NCBI GenBank assembly: GCA_038087875.1
Contig: CM075978.1
Location: 12,090,001 to 12,154,000 of the forward strand
Direction of reading: 5' to 3'
Length of the DNA: 64,000 nucleotides
Origin: Malacoraja senta
Taxonomy: Eukaryota
Part shown: positions 12,504 through 25,239 of the stretch, piece by piece
How the letters are laid out: each line of letters starts with the position of its first letter
Position numbering within the stretch: position 1 is the stretch's first letter
Translations under genes and position numbers: made by a program
The notes under the pieces: model-generated
The model's input: only the letters and a program-made list of their open reading frames with translations
Database searches by the model: none
What the model was told of the DNA's origin: nothing

Positions 12504-15278
12504 TAGACAAGGTGACATTCTGGGTGTGCTTAAGTTTACTACTGCGCATATACAGCAGGTGCTATCTGTACAGAGTTTGCATGTTCTCCCTGTGACCACG
12601 TGGGTTTTCTCTGGGTGCTTCAGTTTCCTCCCACAGTCCTAAGATGTGCAGGTTTGCAGGTTAATTGTCTTCTGTAAATTGTTCCTGGTGTGTAGGATGG
12701 AACTGGTGTGTGGGTGATTGTTGGTCGGTGTGGATTTGGTGGGCTTGTTTCCACGTTGTTTCTCCAGACTAGAGTAGAGTACTGAGTAGAGGCAATGTGA
12801 AATCGGTTTTAAATCATTAAAAAGACTGTTCAATGACACGCTGAGGTGGGATATTGGTGAGATCATGGAAGATGGAAGTCCTGAACAATATGCCAGGCTA
12901 ATTGGAGGAAAGGGCTAAAATGTCAACATTCAGCAGGTGACTGCATTGAAAGGTGTACCAGAATAAAGTACAACTATAGACAATAGACAATAGGTGCAGG
13001 AGTAGGCCATTCGGCCCTTCGAGCCAGCACCGCCATTCATTGTGATCATGGCTGATCATCCAAAATCAGTTCTTGACTTCTCCCCATATCCCCTGACTAT
13101 GCAATGATTCAATGGTACTTTATTATAGATAAATATGTGATCACAAATTTATTTCAGAAGTGTGTATGGAACCAACCACTGATAAAGAGATATAGTTGAG
13201 TCACAGAATCATAGCTCATCAGATCTGAGAGACATACAGGACAGAAACAGGCCCTTCAGCCCACCACGTCCATGATGGCTGTTGTACCGATTTACCAATA
13301 ATACAATTTACCCGCATTAGTTCTGTAAGCTGCTCTTCCCTAACAATTCTGCTGTTGGCTAGATGTGTCTTGACTGTTGACTGTTGTGAGAGATAACTGT
13401 TTCCAGCACCTTCTTCGGGTGCTATATTCCAGATTCCAAGCACTCCGTGTGTGAAAAGGTTCTTCTCAAATCACTTCTACCACTTATCATAAATCTATGA
13501 AACTTTGTCTTAGACACACCCCACCATGGAAAAATAAATATTTCTATTATATAGCCTGTCTGCATACTATTGCAACATTTAAGACACTTTTATACAGGTA
13601 CATGGATAGAACAGGTTTAAAGGGAGACAGGCCAAACGCAGGCAGGTGGGGCTAGTGTAGATGGAACATGTTGACTGGTGTGGGCAAGTTGGGCCAAAGG
13701 GCCTGTCATTCCCATGCTGTATTTATGATTCTATGACTATAACTGATTTGTTGCATTTAAGGAGAAATATTTTACAAAGAGGATTGCATGTACTCATGTA
13801 AATGAGTCACAATATTTTATCATGTGATAACATAATCGAATATGTGACACACATTTTAGTTGTCTACAAGAAATAAGTTGAGAAGAATGCAAGTCTGTTA
13901 AATGTATTTAAAACATGTTTCACTAACTTTACTATTGTGGTATCAGCACTACCTCCCAATGCAGCAACATCTTCCTTCCAGAAAGATTAGTTTCTTGATG
14001 AGTTCCTACCAAGATTCCTCATTTTTTTAAAGTGTTTATGATGTTACATGCATGGGCTGATCTAATGGTACTTCTGTAAGAATGGAAACTTGAGAAAAAC
14101 AGTAGCCTCGTTCTTTGATAAATGTTCATTCAACATGCCCTACCCTAAATCAAATTCCTAAGAGTCTGCAGATGCGAGAATCTTGAGCAAAAAACAAACT
14201 GCAGGAGGAACTCAGCGGGTCAGACAGCTGCCTGACCCACTGAGTTCTTCCAGCAGTTTGCTTTTTGCTCTCAGTCAATCCCTACTTATATTCCTCCAAT
14301 GATGTTTTTTTTTTCTGAGTGCAGGATTCAATTTCATAAAGAACTTAAATCAAACAATTGTGTTTGTTTGCCGAATCTTCTAGTCTATCTTTTATTAGCT
14401 TAGTGGTTCAGTTGGCTGCCGGCTACTTCCACAGCCCCGGGTTTATAGGGAAGGCTTAACATGACATCAATACATGACTGGCTTCTCTTTCACAACTGAA
14501 GTATGTTGGATGAATCGTAATTCAATCAGTGATGGTGCAACCAAGGTAAAAGAATCACAGAACTGGAAAATAAATTCCCATGAGTGAGCTACTCACACGG
14601 CACATAATCAAGCATCGGCTGCAAATACTTTATTGCTTCATGTCTCTGTCTGCCTAACATCAGAGAGATGAAAGACCCTACCCCACACTGCGAGATTATG
14701 AGAGGTATTCCATGTATGCCACAGCGCACAGTGTTGAAAGCTTATGACCTAGCGGCAACTGCTTGTGAGGCTGAACGTTAACTGTGTGACATGCCTTGTA
14801 TTGTGTGCATGTGTGGCGTCACTTCAGACAATGGGTACAGCTGCAACCTTCTTCTGGTCACAGCCCGAATGGCATGGCTTTGTGTAGTTAACTGTGTGCG
14901 AAACTATTCTCTGTTTGTTGGAACGGTAAAAATGAAACACAGATGTATATTGGAGAGTGATACGACGGAGGTAGTGTTCCTATTTCTTTAGCGTTCTGCA
15001 ACTTTTCACCTTGCTGAAAGTAATCACCATTCTACCGCTCTGATTTTATTGAACGAGGTTACTGAGAGGAGATTTTTTAAATTTAAAATACCTTCTTGGG
15101 AGTTTCATGTCACTGGCAAGGCCAATATTTATTGCCTCAAGAAGATAGTGGCTTGCAGTCTTCTTGAACCTTTGTTCGTCTCGTAGTGATGGTTCCCCTA
15201 CACTCTTGTCAGGTGGACAACCACAGTGTTTACATGATGGAGCTAAATCTGGTGACTGTATACTGTACACTTATAGTA

Positions 15279-16180
15279 AAGTAGTAAAGTAAAGTACATT
15301 TATTTATATAGCACTTCTCAATCAATTTCAATCAAAGAAGCCAAAGTGCTTTACAGAGAAAATTATCCGTATAAATGAAAAAAAAAGAGTTAGAAAAAAA
15401 GACACAACACACTATAAGAGATTCAACACGAACATCCCCCCACAGCAGAGTCGACACTCTCCACTGTGAGGGAAAGGCACCAAAATGTCCAGTCCTCCTC
15501 CTCTTCCTCCTAGTCCACCCGAGGTCGGGGCCAGTTTGAGGCCTCCGCAGCCAGTCGCCGCAACGGCAGCCCGATGTTGTATGCCCACCTGCCGGGAAGC
15601 TGGAACTCCGGCATTGGGTGGAAAGTCCTCAGCAGCTTGGTAGTGTCTGGAGCGGCCGCTCCCTCCCCGGAGACTGCGACGCCCGTAGTCTTCAGGCCGC
15701 GCCGGTTGGAGCTCCGACTCTGACTCCGCGGTGTTTTCGATCCAGCGCCGCCCGCCCGTGGCGGGACGCCCTCAGACCGCAGACCACAGACCGCAGACCG
15801 CAACTCCTCGATGTTGGTGGTCGGCGGTCACAGCACTCCGGAGCGGCGACCCGGCAAGGCATCACCCGCTCTTTGTTGGTGTCCCAGCGCTGTGCCGCCG
15901 AAGCTGTGGTCCCGGCAGGAAACGCCGCTCCAGCCCGATGGAAGGCCGCATGAGGAGAGCGAAGATGCGATTTGGAGGAAAACCGCATCTCCGACCAGGT
16001 AGAACTGGGGTTAAAACAGTTTCCCCCCCCACCCACGCCCCACATAGAAAGAATAGACCTCCAAATAAAAGTTATAGAAAACAAAAAGGTTAGAGGACGG
16101 ACTGCAGGCAGGCGCCCGTACAAACGGCGCCCACTCCTGCACATCCACCATCTTGAAAGAATGAAAGAATCTTGAAAGAA
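15279..16180 (-). mobile_element. GC-rich non-coding retroposon, copy A (L2-type tail)
   Basis: Candidate TSD tatagta at 15272-15278 and 16181-16187; minus-strand tail gtaaagcactttgg..aagtgctatataaataaa(TTTAC)n; CpG-rich body homologous to 42220-43106 and 29310-29690. Confidence 0.75.
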
Positions 16181-16439
16181 TATAGTATTAGTATACTGAG
16201 TAGTACACTATATATACTGTATCTCAGATGCTTATCTACTGTAAGTGCTTATGTATAGTGATACTTGTGCTGGACGGTATACAACGTGAATTGCACTGTA
16301 CCTTGGTACAAGTGACAATATAGTACCATTGTACATTGATGTGGGAACAATTATATATGTCTCAATCAGGATAGTGCTTGACCTGAGTGACCTAACACGC
16401 AACACGCTCCCATTTATACATCCAGGATGCAGGTTTGGA

Positions 16440-17000
16440 CCGGATGATCACAGAAGAAAATAGAAATTGAGCTCATCTCAAAAGTCAATTTTTAATTATG
16501 GTTCAAAAATTAATATTGAAATTTTGGAAAAATACACCAATACCAACGCTCAAAATGTGGATTGCAAGTATGTTGGATACCGCACATCTTGAGGAAATGC
16601 GATTCCTCCTAATAGATAAATTTGACCAATTCATAACAAGTTGGTCTCCATTTGTCGTCTTTTTGGAAACATATGGTGCAAAACAGGTGTAAAAGCTAAT
16701 CCGTGACTGCGGATGGTCAAGATTATAAATGATCTCCTTCTATTTTCTTTTCTTCTCTTCTCTTCTTTTATTCTCTTTCTTCTATTTTCTATGTCTCAAC
16801 TTTCTTTTTTCATTCTTTATTTTTCTTTTTCACACACTATATATCTCACATTTTTCTATTTTTCATTATCTAACTTTTTTCTTTTTCTTCTTTATTACAA
16901 ATTTTTTTTTAAATAAGAAGCTGCACATAAAAGGTATTATGAAAATATGATTGTATACAATTGTACTTACTTCTAATAAAATAAAAATATTTAAAAAACT
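16440..17000 (+). mobile_element. L1-clade LINE 3' fragment
   Basis: KLILKFWK..PTLKMW..LEEMRF..F..W.PF ORF2 C-terminus, pyrimidine-rich UTR, AATAAA and A-rich tail. Confidence 0.8.
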
Positions 17001-17019
17001 TTTTTTTTTTTAAAGAAAA

Positions 17020-17590
17020 TAGAACAGTACCAGCACAGGAACAAGCCGATCGGCCCATAATGTTTGTGCCGAACATGATTCCAAGCTAAATTCTCATCTA
17101 CTGTAGCTGCACATGATCCATATCCCTATATTCCTTGCACTTCCATGTGCCTATCTAAAAGCGTATTAAATGCCACTATCGTATCTGTGTCCACCAACAC
17201 CTCAGGCAATGCATTCCTGGTCTCCACTGCTCTCTGTGTAAGAAACTTACCCCCCACATCTCCGTTAAATTTCCCCTCTCACCTTTTAGCTCAGCCCTCT
17301 AGTGTTGGGCTTCAACCCTGGCATAAAGGTTCTGACTGTCTATCTATCTATGTCCCTCATAATATGATATACTTCTACCAAGTTTCCCCTCAACGTCCGA
17401 CGTTCCAGAGAAAACAATCCAAGTTTATCCAACCTCTCCTTGTAGCTGAAACCCTCCAACTTAGGCAGCATTGCGGTAAACCTCCTCTGCAAGCTCTCCA
17501 AAGCCTCCACATTGTTCCTGGAATGGGGCAACCAGAAATGAACGCAATATTCCAAATGCAACCTAACCAAAGTCCTATAGAGCTATATCA
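17020..17590 (-). mobile_element. CR1/HER1-type LINE 3' fragment
   Basis: VRLHLEYCVHFWLP..LESLQRRFTAMLP..LFSLERRTLRGNLVEVY. Confidence 0.88.
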
Positions 17591-18540
17591 TGGAAGCCTT
17601 GGCAAGTGTTGAAGTGCATTTGTTCGATAATACAGCATGGTCATGGTGTCCATATGATGGAGGGAATGAACCTTTGCAATGCAGGACTGGGCAACAAACC
17701 CACCAGCTGTCCTATTAGATCTCTACTTGTCCAGGCAAGAGAAGAATATTCCATCTCAAGCATGGTTTGTGGACCCAAATGAGGGGAAAGCTTTTCGGAG
17801 ACAGGGGGTGGGTCTCTCACAGTGGGACATCCAACGCGTCCGAGCAGATAAAATGCTGACACACTGGACGAGGTGCAGGAAATTGTTGGATTCGTCACCT
17901 CGAATGTGCGTTTGATGAAAGCACAAATTGTCAAATCAAATATCCATCGTAAACATCTGGGCCTTTTTTAATTAAAAACTAATTACCGGAAAATGTTACT
18001 GCCAGCCTTTGAGAGACTGGATAGGACTGACAGTTGGCACGCATTCCTTTCATTAACTGTAAGCTGTAACAGGAGTCACCTTATTTGACAAATGGCTGCA
18101 GCTGTTATTTTGCAAGCTAGGATTTTTGGGGGGGGGGATTTTTTTCTTTGCAATTCTTGACAGCCAAGGGGTTGAAAAACTTGGTTGCACTCTAGCTAAA
18201 ATACAGATGTTCAGTCTAGACAGTTTCTAAACAGAAAAGATCCAAACAATGCTCATTTTAAAAAAATGTATTCATTTTACACTCTGTTCTGAGGTTGCAT
18301 AATTATGAACAAGGTCCAAATTGTACCTGAGACCCAAGACCTCACAGGCCACCTTTTTATTGGTATATTTCAATACGTCAGCATCAGTTTAAAATTCATA
18401 ACTGAATCAAAGGCATAATTTCTAAAGACTCCAAAGGGCAATTCAGAAGAATTGTGGGTGTTCTTTTAATTGCATTTCTATTGTTCTAGTTTTACTTTTA
18501 GTTTTAGAGATGCAGCGTGGAAACAGGTACCACTCTTTGG

Positions 18541-18726
18541 TTGACATGTCGCCAGGGTGTCTGTCGCCTGTATGGTCGTGAGTAGTCTCCTCAGTTGCCC
18601 AAAGAGTCGTAGCGTCTTTCTGGTCGCTGCTGAATTTTCAACATGTTGAACATTTTCAGCGGCCTGCAACGACCTATGACAGGTGCCGGCAGTCGCCGAA
18701 AAAGTCGCGTTAGTGGGACAGGCCCA
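18541..18726. mobile_element. Partial PIF/Harbinger-type MITE inside a minus-strand HE1 SINE (18484-18930)
   Basis: Ends in TIR agtgggacaggccca; body homologous to 48027-48274. Confidence 0.75.
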
Positions 18727-19719
18727 TTGCATTAGTTCTATCCTAGGGACAATGTGCAGAAGCCAATTAACCAGCAAACCTGCATGTCTTTGTAATGTGG
18801 GGTAAATTGGGGCACACAGAGAAAATCCCCACGGTCACAGGGAGAAAGTACAAGCTCCATACAGACAGCATCCCCAGTCAGGATTGAACATGGGACTATC
18901 GCGCTGTAAGGCAGCAACTCTGCCGCTGCAACCCTTTGCTGAGACCTCTTCTATTTATTTGTTTTCTTTTAAATTTCCAATATTTTTGTTAATTCTCTCT
19001 TGGAATATGGGTATAACCCGTGAGGAGTTGCTGGTGGAAGCCACTGCAGTTCTATTGAAAATGGCATGTGATACAAAATGTGGATTTAGAGCCGGGCATT
19101 GATAAACATAAGCCAATCTATTTCCAATTGAGAATGGTATATGACCTGGAGGAAAACTGAGAAAGTGATGGTCCATCCATGCATCTGAATTTTCTCCTCT
19201 GATGGTTCAATACGTGGGCTTGTTTTCTTGATGATTATCACACACAAAAGGCAAAGAGTGGGGATAAATAGTTCTCCCTATGTTTGGTAGACTTTGGCTG
19301 GTGGGGCACGAGTTAATCACGATCTATATCAAATATTGGATTGAATGGACTAAATGTCATATTTCAAAGTTTGCTGATGATTCTAAACTAGGTAGAATTC
19401 TGAAGACTGAGCAGAACAAGGAGGCTCCAGGCACATGTGGACAAGCTGAATGGCCAAGAACATAACAGGTGGAGTATAATGTGGAAAATTGTGAAGCTCT
19501 TCTGTTTGGTGTACACAACAGAAGCAGGCTGTTTTTTTCTTTAGCTTTACAACAGTATAAACATCGAATTATCTAATTGTAGGTAATTAACCCATATACA
19601 ACCCCCCCGCTATTCTCCCCCTCACCCTCTCTTCCCGGTGCCACACCTGGATTTGCACACATTTCTCTCCTTCCTCCTCTCCACCCACCAAAATTCCTTC
19701 CTCTGGCTTCACAACGAAC

Positions 19720-20150
19720 ATAAGGTCATAAGTTCATATGTGATAGGAGTAGAATTAGGGCATTCGGCCTATCATGTCTACTTCGCCATTCAATCATATC
19801 TGATCTATCTCTCCCTCCTAATCCCATTCTCCTGCTTTCTCCCCATAATCTCTGACACCTGTACTAATCAAGAATCTATCTATCTCTACCTTAAAAATAT
19901 CACTGACTTGGCCTCCACAGCCTTCTGTGGCAAAGAATTCCATTGATTCACTGCCCTCTGACTAAATACAATTTTCTTCATCTCCTTCCTAAAAGAATGT
20001 CCTTTAATTCTGAGGCTATGACCTCTAGTCCTAGATTCTCCCACTGGTGAAAACATCCTCTCCACATCAACTCTATCTAAGCCTTTCACTATTCTGTATG
20101 TATCAATGATGTCCCCACTCGTTCTTCTAAATTCCAGCGAGTACAGGCCC
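19720..20150 (-). mobile_element. CR1/HER1-type LINE 3' fragment
   Basis: MKGLDRVDVERMF..SRTRGHSLRIKG..WNSLPQKAVEA. Confidence 0.88.
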
Positions 20151-21272
20151 AGTTAACCTTCTCATTCCTGGACATCTTCTGTCTTTATCACACACCTTTT
20201 ACCTTTTCATCTGCCACCTTTGTCCAACCATCTGCCTATCAACCCCTCCCCTCACCTGTATCCACTTACTGTATTATTCACCAGGCTATGTCCTGCCCCA
20301 AACACTCTTTCAACTTTCTCCCTCCACAACCTGAATCAGTCTGAAGAAGGGTCCCAATCCGAAATATCACCTATCCATGCACTCCCGAGATGCTGCCGGA
20401 CCCGCTGAGTTACCCCAGCACTTTGTGTCTTTGTTTTGTAAGCCAGCATCTGCAATTCTTTGTATCCTTATTAAATGGTGAGATACCATGTAATGTTAAA
20501 GTTTCAGAGACATTGGTGTCCTTGCACACAAGTCACTAAAAGCAAGCACACAGGAGTAACAAAAAACAATATTGTGTGCAGTTAATGATCCTTTACCTAA
20601 AAATGGGTGTTCTTGTCATACAGGAAATGGGACAAAGGTTCAATAGTAAAACACAAAGTGTTAGAGTTGTAACTCAGTGGATCAGGCACACCTCTGGAGG
20701 ATTATGGATAGGTGACATTTCGGGTTGGGACCCCTCTTCAGATTCTAGTACTATTGCCTATCACCTCTACTCCCTTCGGCCCTCCACAGATGCTGCCTGA
20801 CCCACCTAGTTACTCCAGCACTTTGTATTTTACTCACGATTCCAGCATCTGCAGTTCCTTGTGCCTCCAAAGCTTCAATAGATTGGTTTCAGCGATAGCA
20901 GATTTGACGTACATGAAGAAGACAAGTAGACTTGATGTGTATTCTCTGGAGCTTAGACGAATACTGGAGATTTCATTGAAAACTACAAAATTCTTACAGG
21001 CCTCGACAGGCTGGATGCAAGGAAAATGGCTGTGGAGTGGGGAACCAGGGGTCACCAGTTCAGAATGAGCACTGGATTAATCATTACAGATGAGGAGAAT
21101 TTGATTCACTCAGAGAGCAGTAAATCTTTGGAATTCGCTACCACAGAAAGGCTGTGGAGGCTCAGACATAGAGTTCATGCAAAACAGAGATGGAAAGATT
21201 TCTGATATTAATGTATCAAGAAAAAAATCGGGAAAGGGTAGTTAGTAGCACTGAAATAGAAGATCAGCTGGT

Positions 21273-21582
21273 GGCGGGCGGCATGGTGGCGCAGTGCTGC
21301 CTTACAGCGCCAGAGACCCGTGTTCGATCCTGACCGCGGGTGCTGTCTGTACGGAGTTTGTACATTCTCCCTGTAACCTGCGTGGGTTGTCTCCGAGATC
21401 TTCAGTTTCCTCCCACACACCAAAGACGTACAGGTTTGTAGGTTAATTGGCTTGGTGTATGTATAAATTGTCCGGAGTGTGTGTAGGATAGTGTTAGTTT
21501 GCGGGGATCGCTGGTTGGCGAGGATTCGGTGGGGCCGAAGGGCCTGTTTCCTCACTGTATCTCTATACTAACCTAAACTAAA
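21273..21582 (+). mobile_element. HE1-type V-SINE
   Basis: tRNA-like head, V-domain, ctaaa tail. Confidence 0.88.
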
Positions 21583-21932
21583 TCAGCCATAAATGTGATA
21601 AACGGTGGAGCAGACATGAAGGGTTACATAGCCCCATCCTTATACTTACGTTCACTCCCCCATCGTAGAGTCTGTGGCACTCAATCTCATTCTCTCACAT
21701 ATGGTGCAGAGCACTGTAAATAATTTTACACTTAGATGTTAAAGACAGATAACTATATATGTGATTGCAATATATATCACCGTGTAACCTCCTTCATGTA
21801 TTTGGATACTACATTGGGTTCTGATGTGTTCTGTGATCTGGTCCTGATCACAGTGTTCTCATTGAAGATGTTCTAATTTTCCTGCATTTTCCGTGATTAA
21901 GGAATTCTGTAACCAGCGGGAGAGATCAGACT

Positions 21933-22243
21933 GGCGGCATGGCGGCGCAGCGGTAGAGTTGCTGCCTCACAGCACCAGAGTCCCGGGTTCAATCCTGACT
22001 ACGGATGCTCTCTGTGCAGAGTTTGTACGTTCTCCCCGTCAATGCATTGGTTTTCTCCGGGATCTCCAGTTTCCTCCCACACGCCAAAGACGTACAAGTT
22101 TGAAGGGTAAATGGCTTGGTATAATTGTGCATTGTCCCTAGTGTGTGTGGGATAGTGTTGGTGTGCGGGGATCACTGGTCGGCGCGGAGTTGGTGGGCCG
22201 AAGGTCCTGGTTCCGCACTGTATCTCTAAACTAAACTAAACAA
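21933..22243 (+). mobile_element. HE1-type V-SINE
   Basis: A/B boxes, V-domain, (CTAAA)n tail. Confidence 0.88.
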
Positions 22244-22457
22244 GGCTACACCCAGCAACCCTCTGTGGCATTTTTTTCACAAAGTGCCTTTTTTAATTAA
22301 CTCTTGTGAATCATAAAGTTACACAATACAGAAGCAGACCCTTAAGCCCATTAAATCAACAACAACCACCAAGTACCAATCTTAACGAATTCTATACCAT
22401 TCCCTCTTTATTTCCCTCACATTCCCATCAACTGTCCCCAGAGTCTGCACACTAGGA

Positions 22458-22993
22458 CAGTCCTTCTGTGATAACACGATAAAAACCTTGTGTTGTAAAA
22501 AATCACATTATAAAAATAAATTCTGCCAATGGGGTGAAAGGGGGTTGGATGTTAGTGAGTTTCAAATTCACAATACCAAAGTTATTTTTCCTGCAGAATT
22601 GTCAAAACTTTTCAATAGAAATAAGTTTAATTGAGATACGCTAAAAATGCCAAAGGCTATATGTTATAATATTTAATAGAGTTTCAGTGCACTACTACCA
22701 ATAGATGCAAAGGATGGTCAATTAAAATGGCCACTCATGACTAAAATGGCAGCCGTTCTTTGAGTCAATAATACCTGATTACTGTAGGGAGATTACATGG
22801 AATGTTTTTTTTCTAGACTGTTTTAATCCCAAGATAACCCTTTCTCTGGTTGTCATTTTTCAAATTAACTCAAGTGGCTCTCTAGTTCCTGAACAAAATC
22901 ATGTTGTAACTAATTCAGCCCGTTAATACAAGTCTATCAGTCGTGTTTTATCCAAATCGCATTATGGAAACATGATTTATAGCAGAACCACTT
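22458..22993. mobile_element. Degenerate Tigger/pogo-like MITE
   Basis: Imperfect TIRs cagtccttctgtgataacacgat / atgatttatagcagaaccact; it interrupts an older SINE remnant. Confidence 0.45.
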
Positions 22994-23231
22994 ACATAAC
23001 TTACCATCTTTGGGATCTAAGAGACAGCAAGAGCATTTGGATGAAATCCACATGATTAGAAGGGGAACGTGCAAATCCTGCACAGATAACATCAGAGATC
23101 AAGATTGAATCCTAGAATCAGACAGTTATTAGATCTGTGCCACTGTTCCACCTGAGTTTCATTGATTTATAGCATTTCTCACAGAGTTCCCATGTTGTGG
23201 AGGAGTTTTGGTCATGGCCTGTATCCAATAG

Positions 23232-23940
23232 GTTAGTTTATAATTGTCATGTGTATCAAGGTACAGTGAAAAGTGTTTTTGTTATGTGTGATCCAGTCAA
23301 CAAAAACGATACGATACAATAGGATAAAACTTTATTTATCCCAGGAGGGAAATTGATCTGCCAAGTCATAAAATATATGAACCATGAAATTAAAGTGACG
23401 AGTGGAAAGGTTTGGGGACGTGCAAAGGTTTGGTGGGGGGGGGGGGGGGGGGAGGGGGGGGTGAGTGGAGGGGAGTCAGTCTATCCCATGACAGAAGGGA
23501 CAGAAGACTGTACATGGCTACAATCAAGCCGTCCACAGTGTACAATACAGGATAAAGGTGAATCATTTAGTGAAAGATAAAGACCGATAAAGTCAGAATA
23601 AAGATAGTTCAAAGGTCTCCAATGAGGTAGATGGGAGGTCAGGATGGCACTTTAGCTGGTGAGAGGAAGTACAGTTGCCTGACAATAGCTGGGAAGAAAC
23701 TGTCCTTGAATCTGGAGGTGTGCATTTACAGACTTCTGTACCTCTTGCCTGTTGGGGAAGGGGTGAAGAGGGAGTGACCCTTGAAGAGGGTGAGAGTGGT
23801 CCTTGATTGAGCTGGCGGCCTCGTCAAGGCAGCGTGAGGTGTAAATGGAGTCCATGGAAGGGAGGTTGGATCCTGTGATGGTCCGGGCTACGTGCACAAC
23901 TCTCTGCAATTTCTTGCGGTCCTGGATGGAGCTGCTCCCT
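23232..23940 (-). mobile_element. Rex1/Babar-type LINE 3' fragment with a second Rex-type tail nested at ~23308-23505
   Basis: DRKKLQRVVHVARTITGSNLPSMDSIYTSRCL..IKDHSHP; RFKDSFFPAIVRQL. Confidence 0.85.
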
Positions 23941-24929
23941 TTACATTTTGCTGGAAATGCAGCCACAGAGATCCAGCAGCGAACGATGCTACCTTCCCAT
24001 GATGGATCACCTGCCCTCATACACTGTCAATACTTACCCATGAGTTATGTGCAGGCATTCAGGTGAGGAATTGAAGAGCTAGTACTCCAAGGAGCACGAG
24101 AAAAGAGAAAATTGTCAAGGAAAGTAAAACAAATGAGACTATATATTTAGAGGAGAAGGTTAAATGTTTTTTAAATAAAGTGAAAGTTTACTTACAAGTT
24201 ATATATCACTAAATCCTGCCACTTTTGGGACACAGATACCTTTTGTAAGATTGATTAAATCCACTTATAAATTCATACTTTATCCAGATGATTTCCAGAC
24301 TTAGCTACAATTGACAAATAATGGTCTGCGTCACAGACTCCAAGTTTTAGCTGGCCAGAGAATACAATTCTGAAAAGGATAATACTGCACAGCGCACTTT
24401 GCACTATGCCCTTCCCTATTCTTGTCATTATGGCCCACAGACTAAGTTCATAATTGTCTAATTCTCTAGTTTAAAGACCCATCAGTATCAAAACATTAAA
24501 AACAAACAGCACATTTCAAACTTCAATTCTTTTGGTTGCAGTAATTAGAAATGCATGCACTAGACTTATTTTAAAGTATGTGCTGATTAATTTCTGTCAT
24601 TAACATTGGTAACTTCAGCAAGAAGGGGGTCGACATTAAGAAGTAGGAGGTTCTGAACAGTGGTGCTAATGGCTTTGATCTGGTCACATCTTAACAGCAG
24701 CAGCTGGTTTAAATAACATCAGTACATATAGTTGTTAACATTTCATACATTGCTTCAAAAGGGTTCGATAGTGCAGATTCAGAGGAGATGTCAGCCTTTG
24801 TGGGCCAGAACAGATGTAAAGGGCATAAGATTAAAATATTTATGAATAAATTGCACGAGGAAGTAAGGAAAGACTTCCTTATCGAGAGAGTGGTAAGAAA
24901 TTGCCGAATGTAAGAATGAGGTTGAATAA

Positions 24930-25205
24930 TAGTGTAGGGAGGAACTGCAGATGTTGGTTTACATCAAAGATAGACACTAAAAGCTGGAGTAACTCCGCGG
25001 GTCAGGCAGCATCTTTGGAGAAAAGGAATGGGTGATGTTTCGGGTCAAGACCCTTCTTCAGACTAGTCAGAGGAAAGGGAAATGAGTTTATCTTTCCCCT
25101 AACTAGTCCGAAGAAGAGTCTCGACCTGAGACGTCACCCAGTCCTTCTCTCCAGAGATACTGCCTGCCCCGCTGAGTTACTCCAGCATTGTGTGTCTATC
25201 TTTAG
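24930..25205. repeat. Inverted pair of Penelope terminal-repeat fragments (long hairpin)
   Basis: ~24966-25077 is the imperfect reverse complement of ~25091-25203; each arm carries a degenerate hammerhead motif. Confidence 0.85.
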
Positions 25206-25239
25206 AGGGGGATATAACTTGTGTTCATGGACAACCATC

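Noticed and set aside
15510-16175. GC-rich overlapping ORFs or CpG-island promoter (also 42430-42930)
   Set aside because: They lie inside a dispersed repeat with retroposon tails, and the reading frames are not conserved between copies
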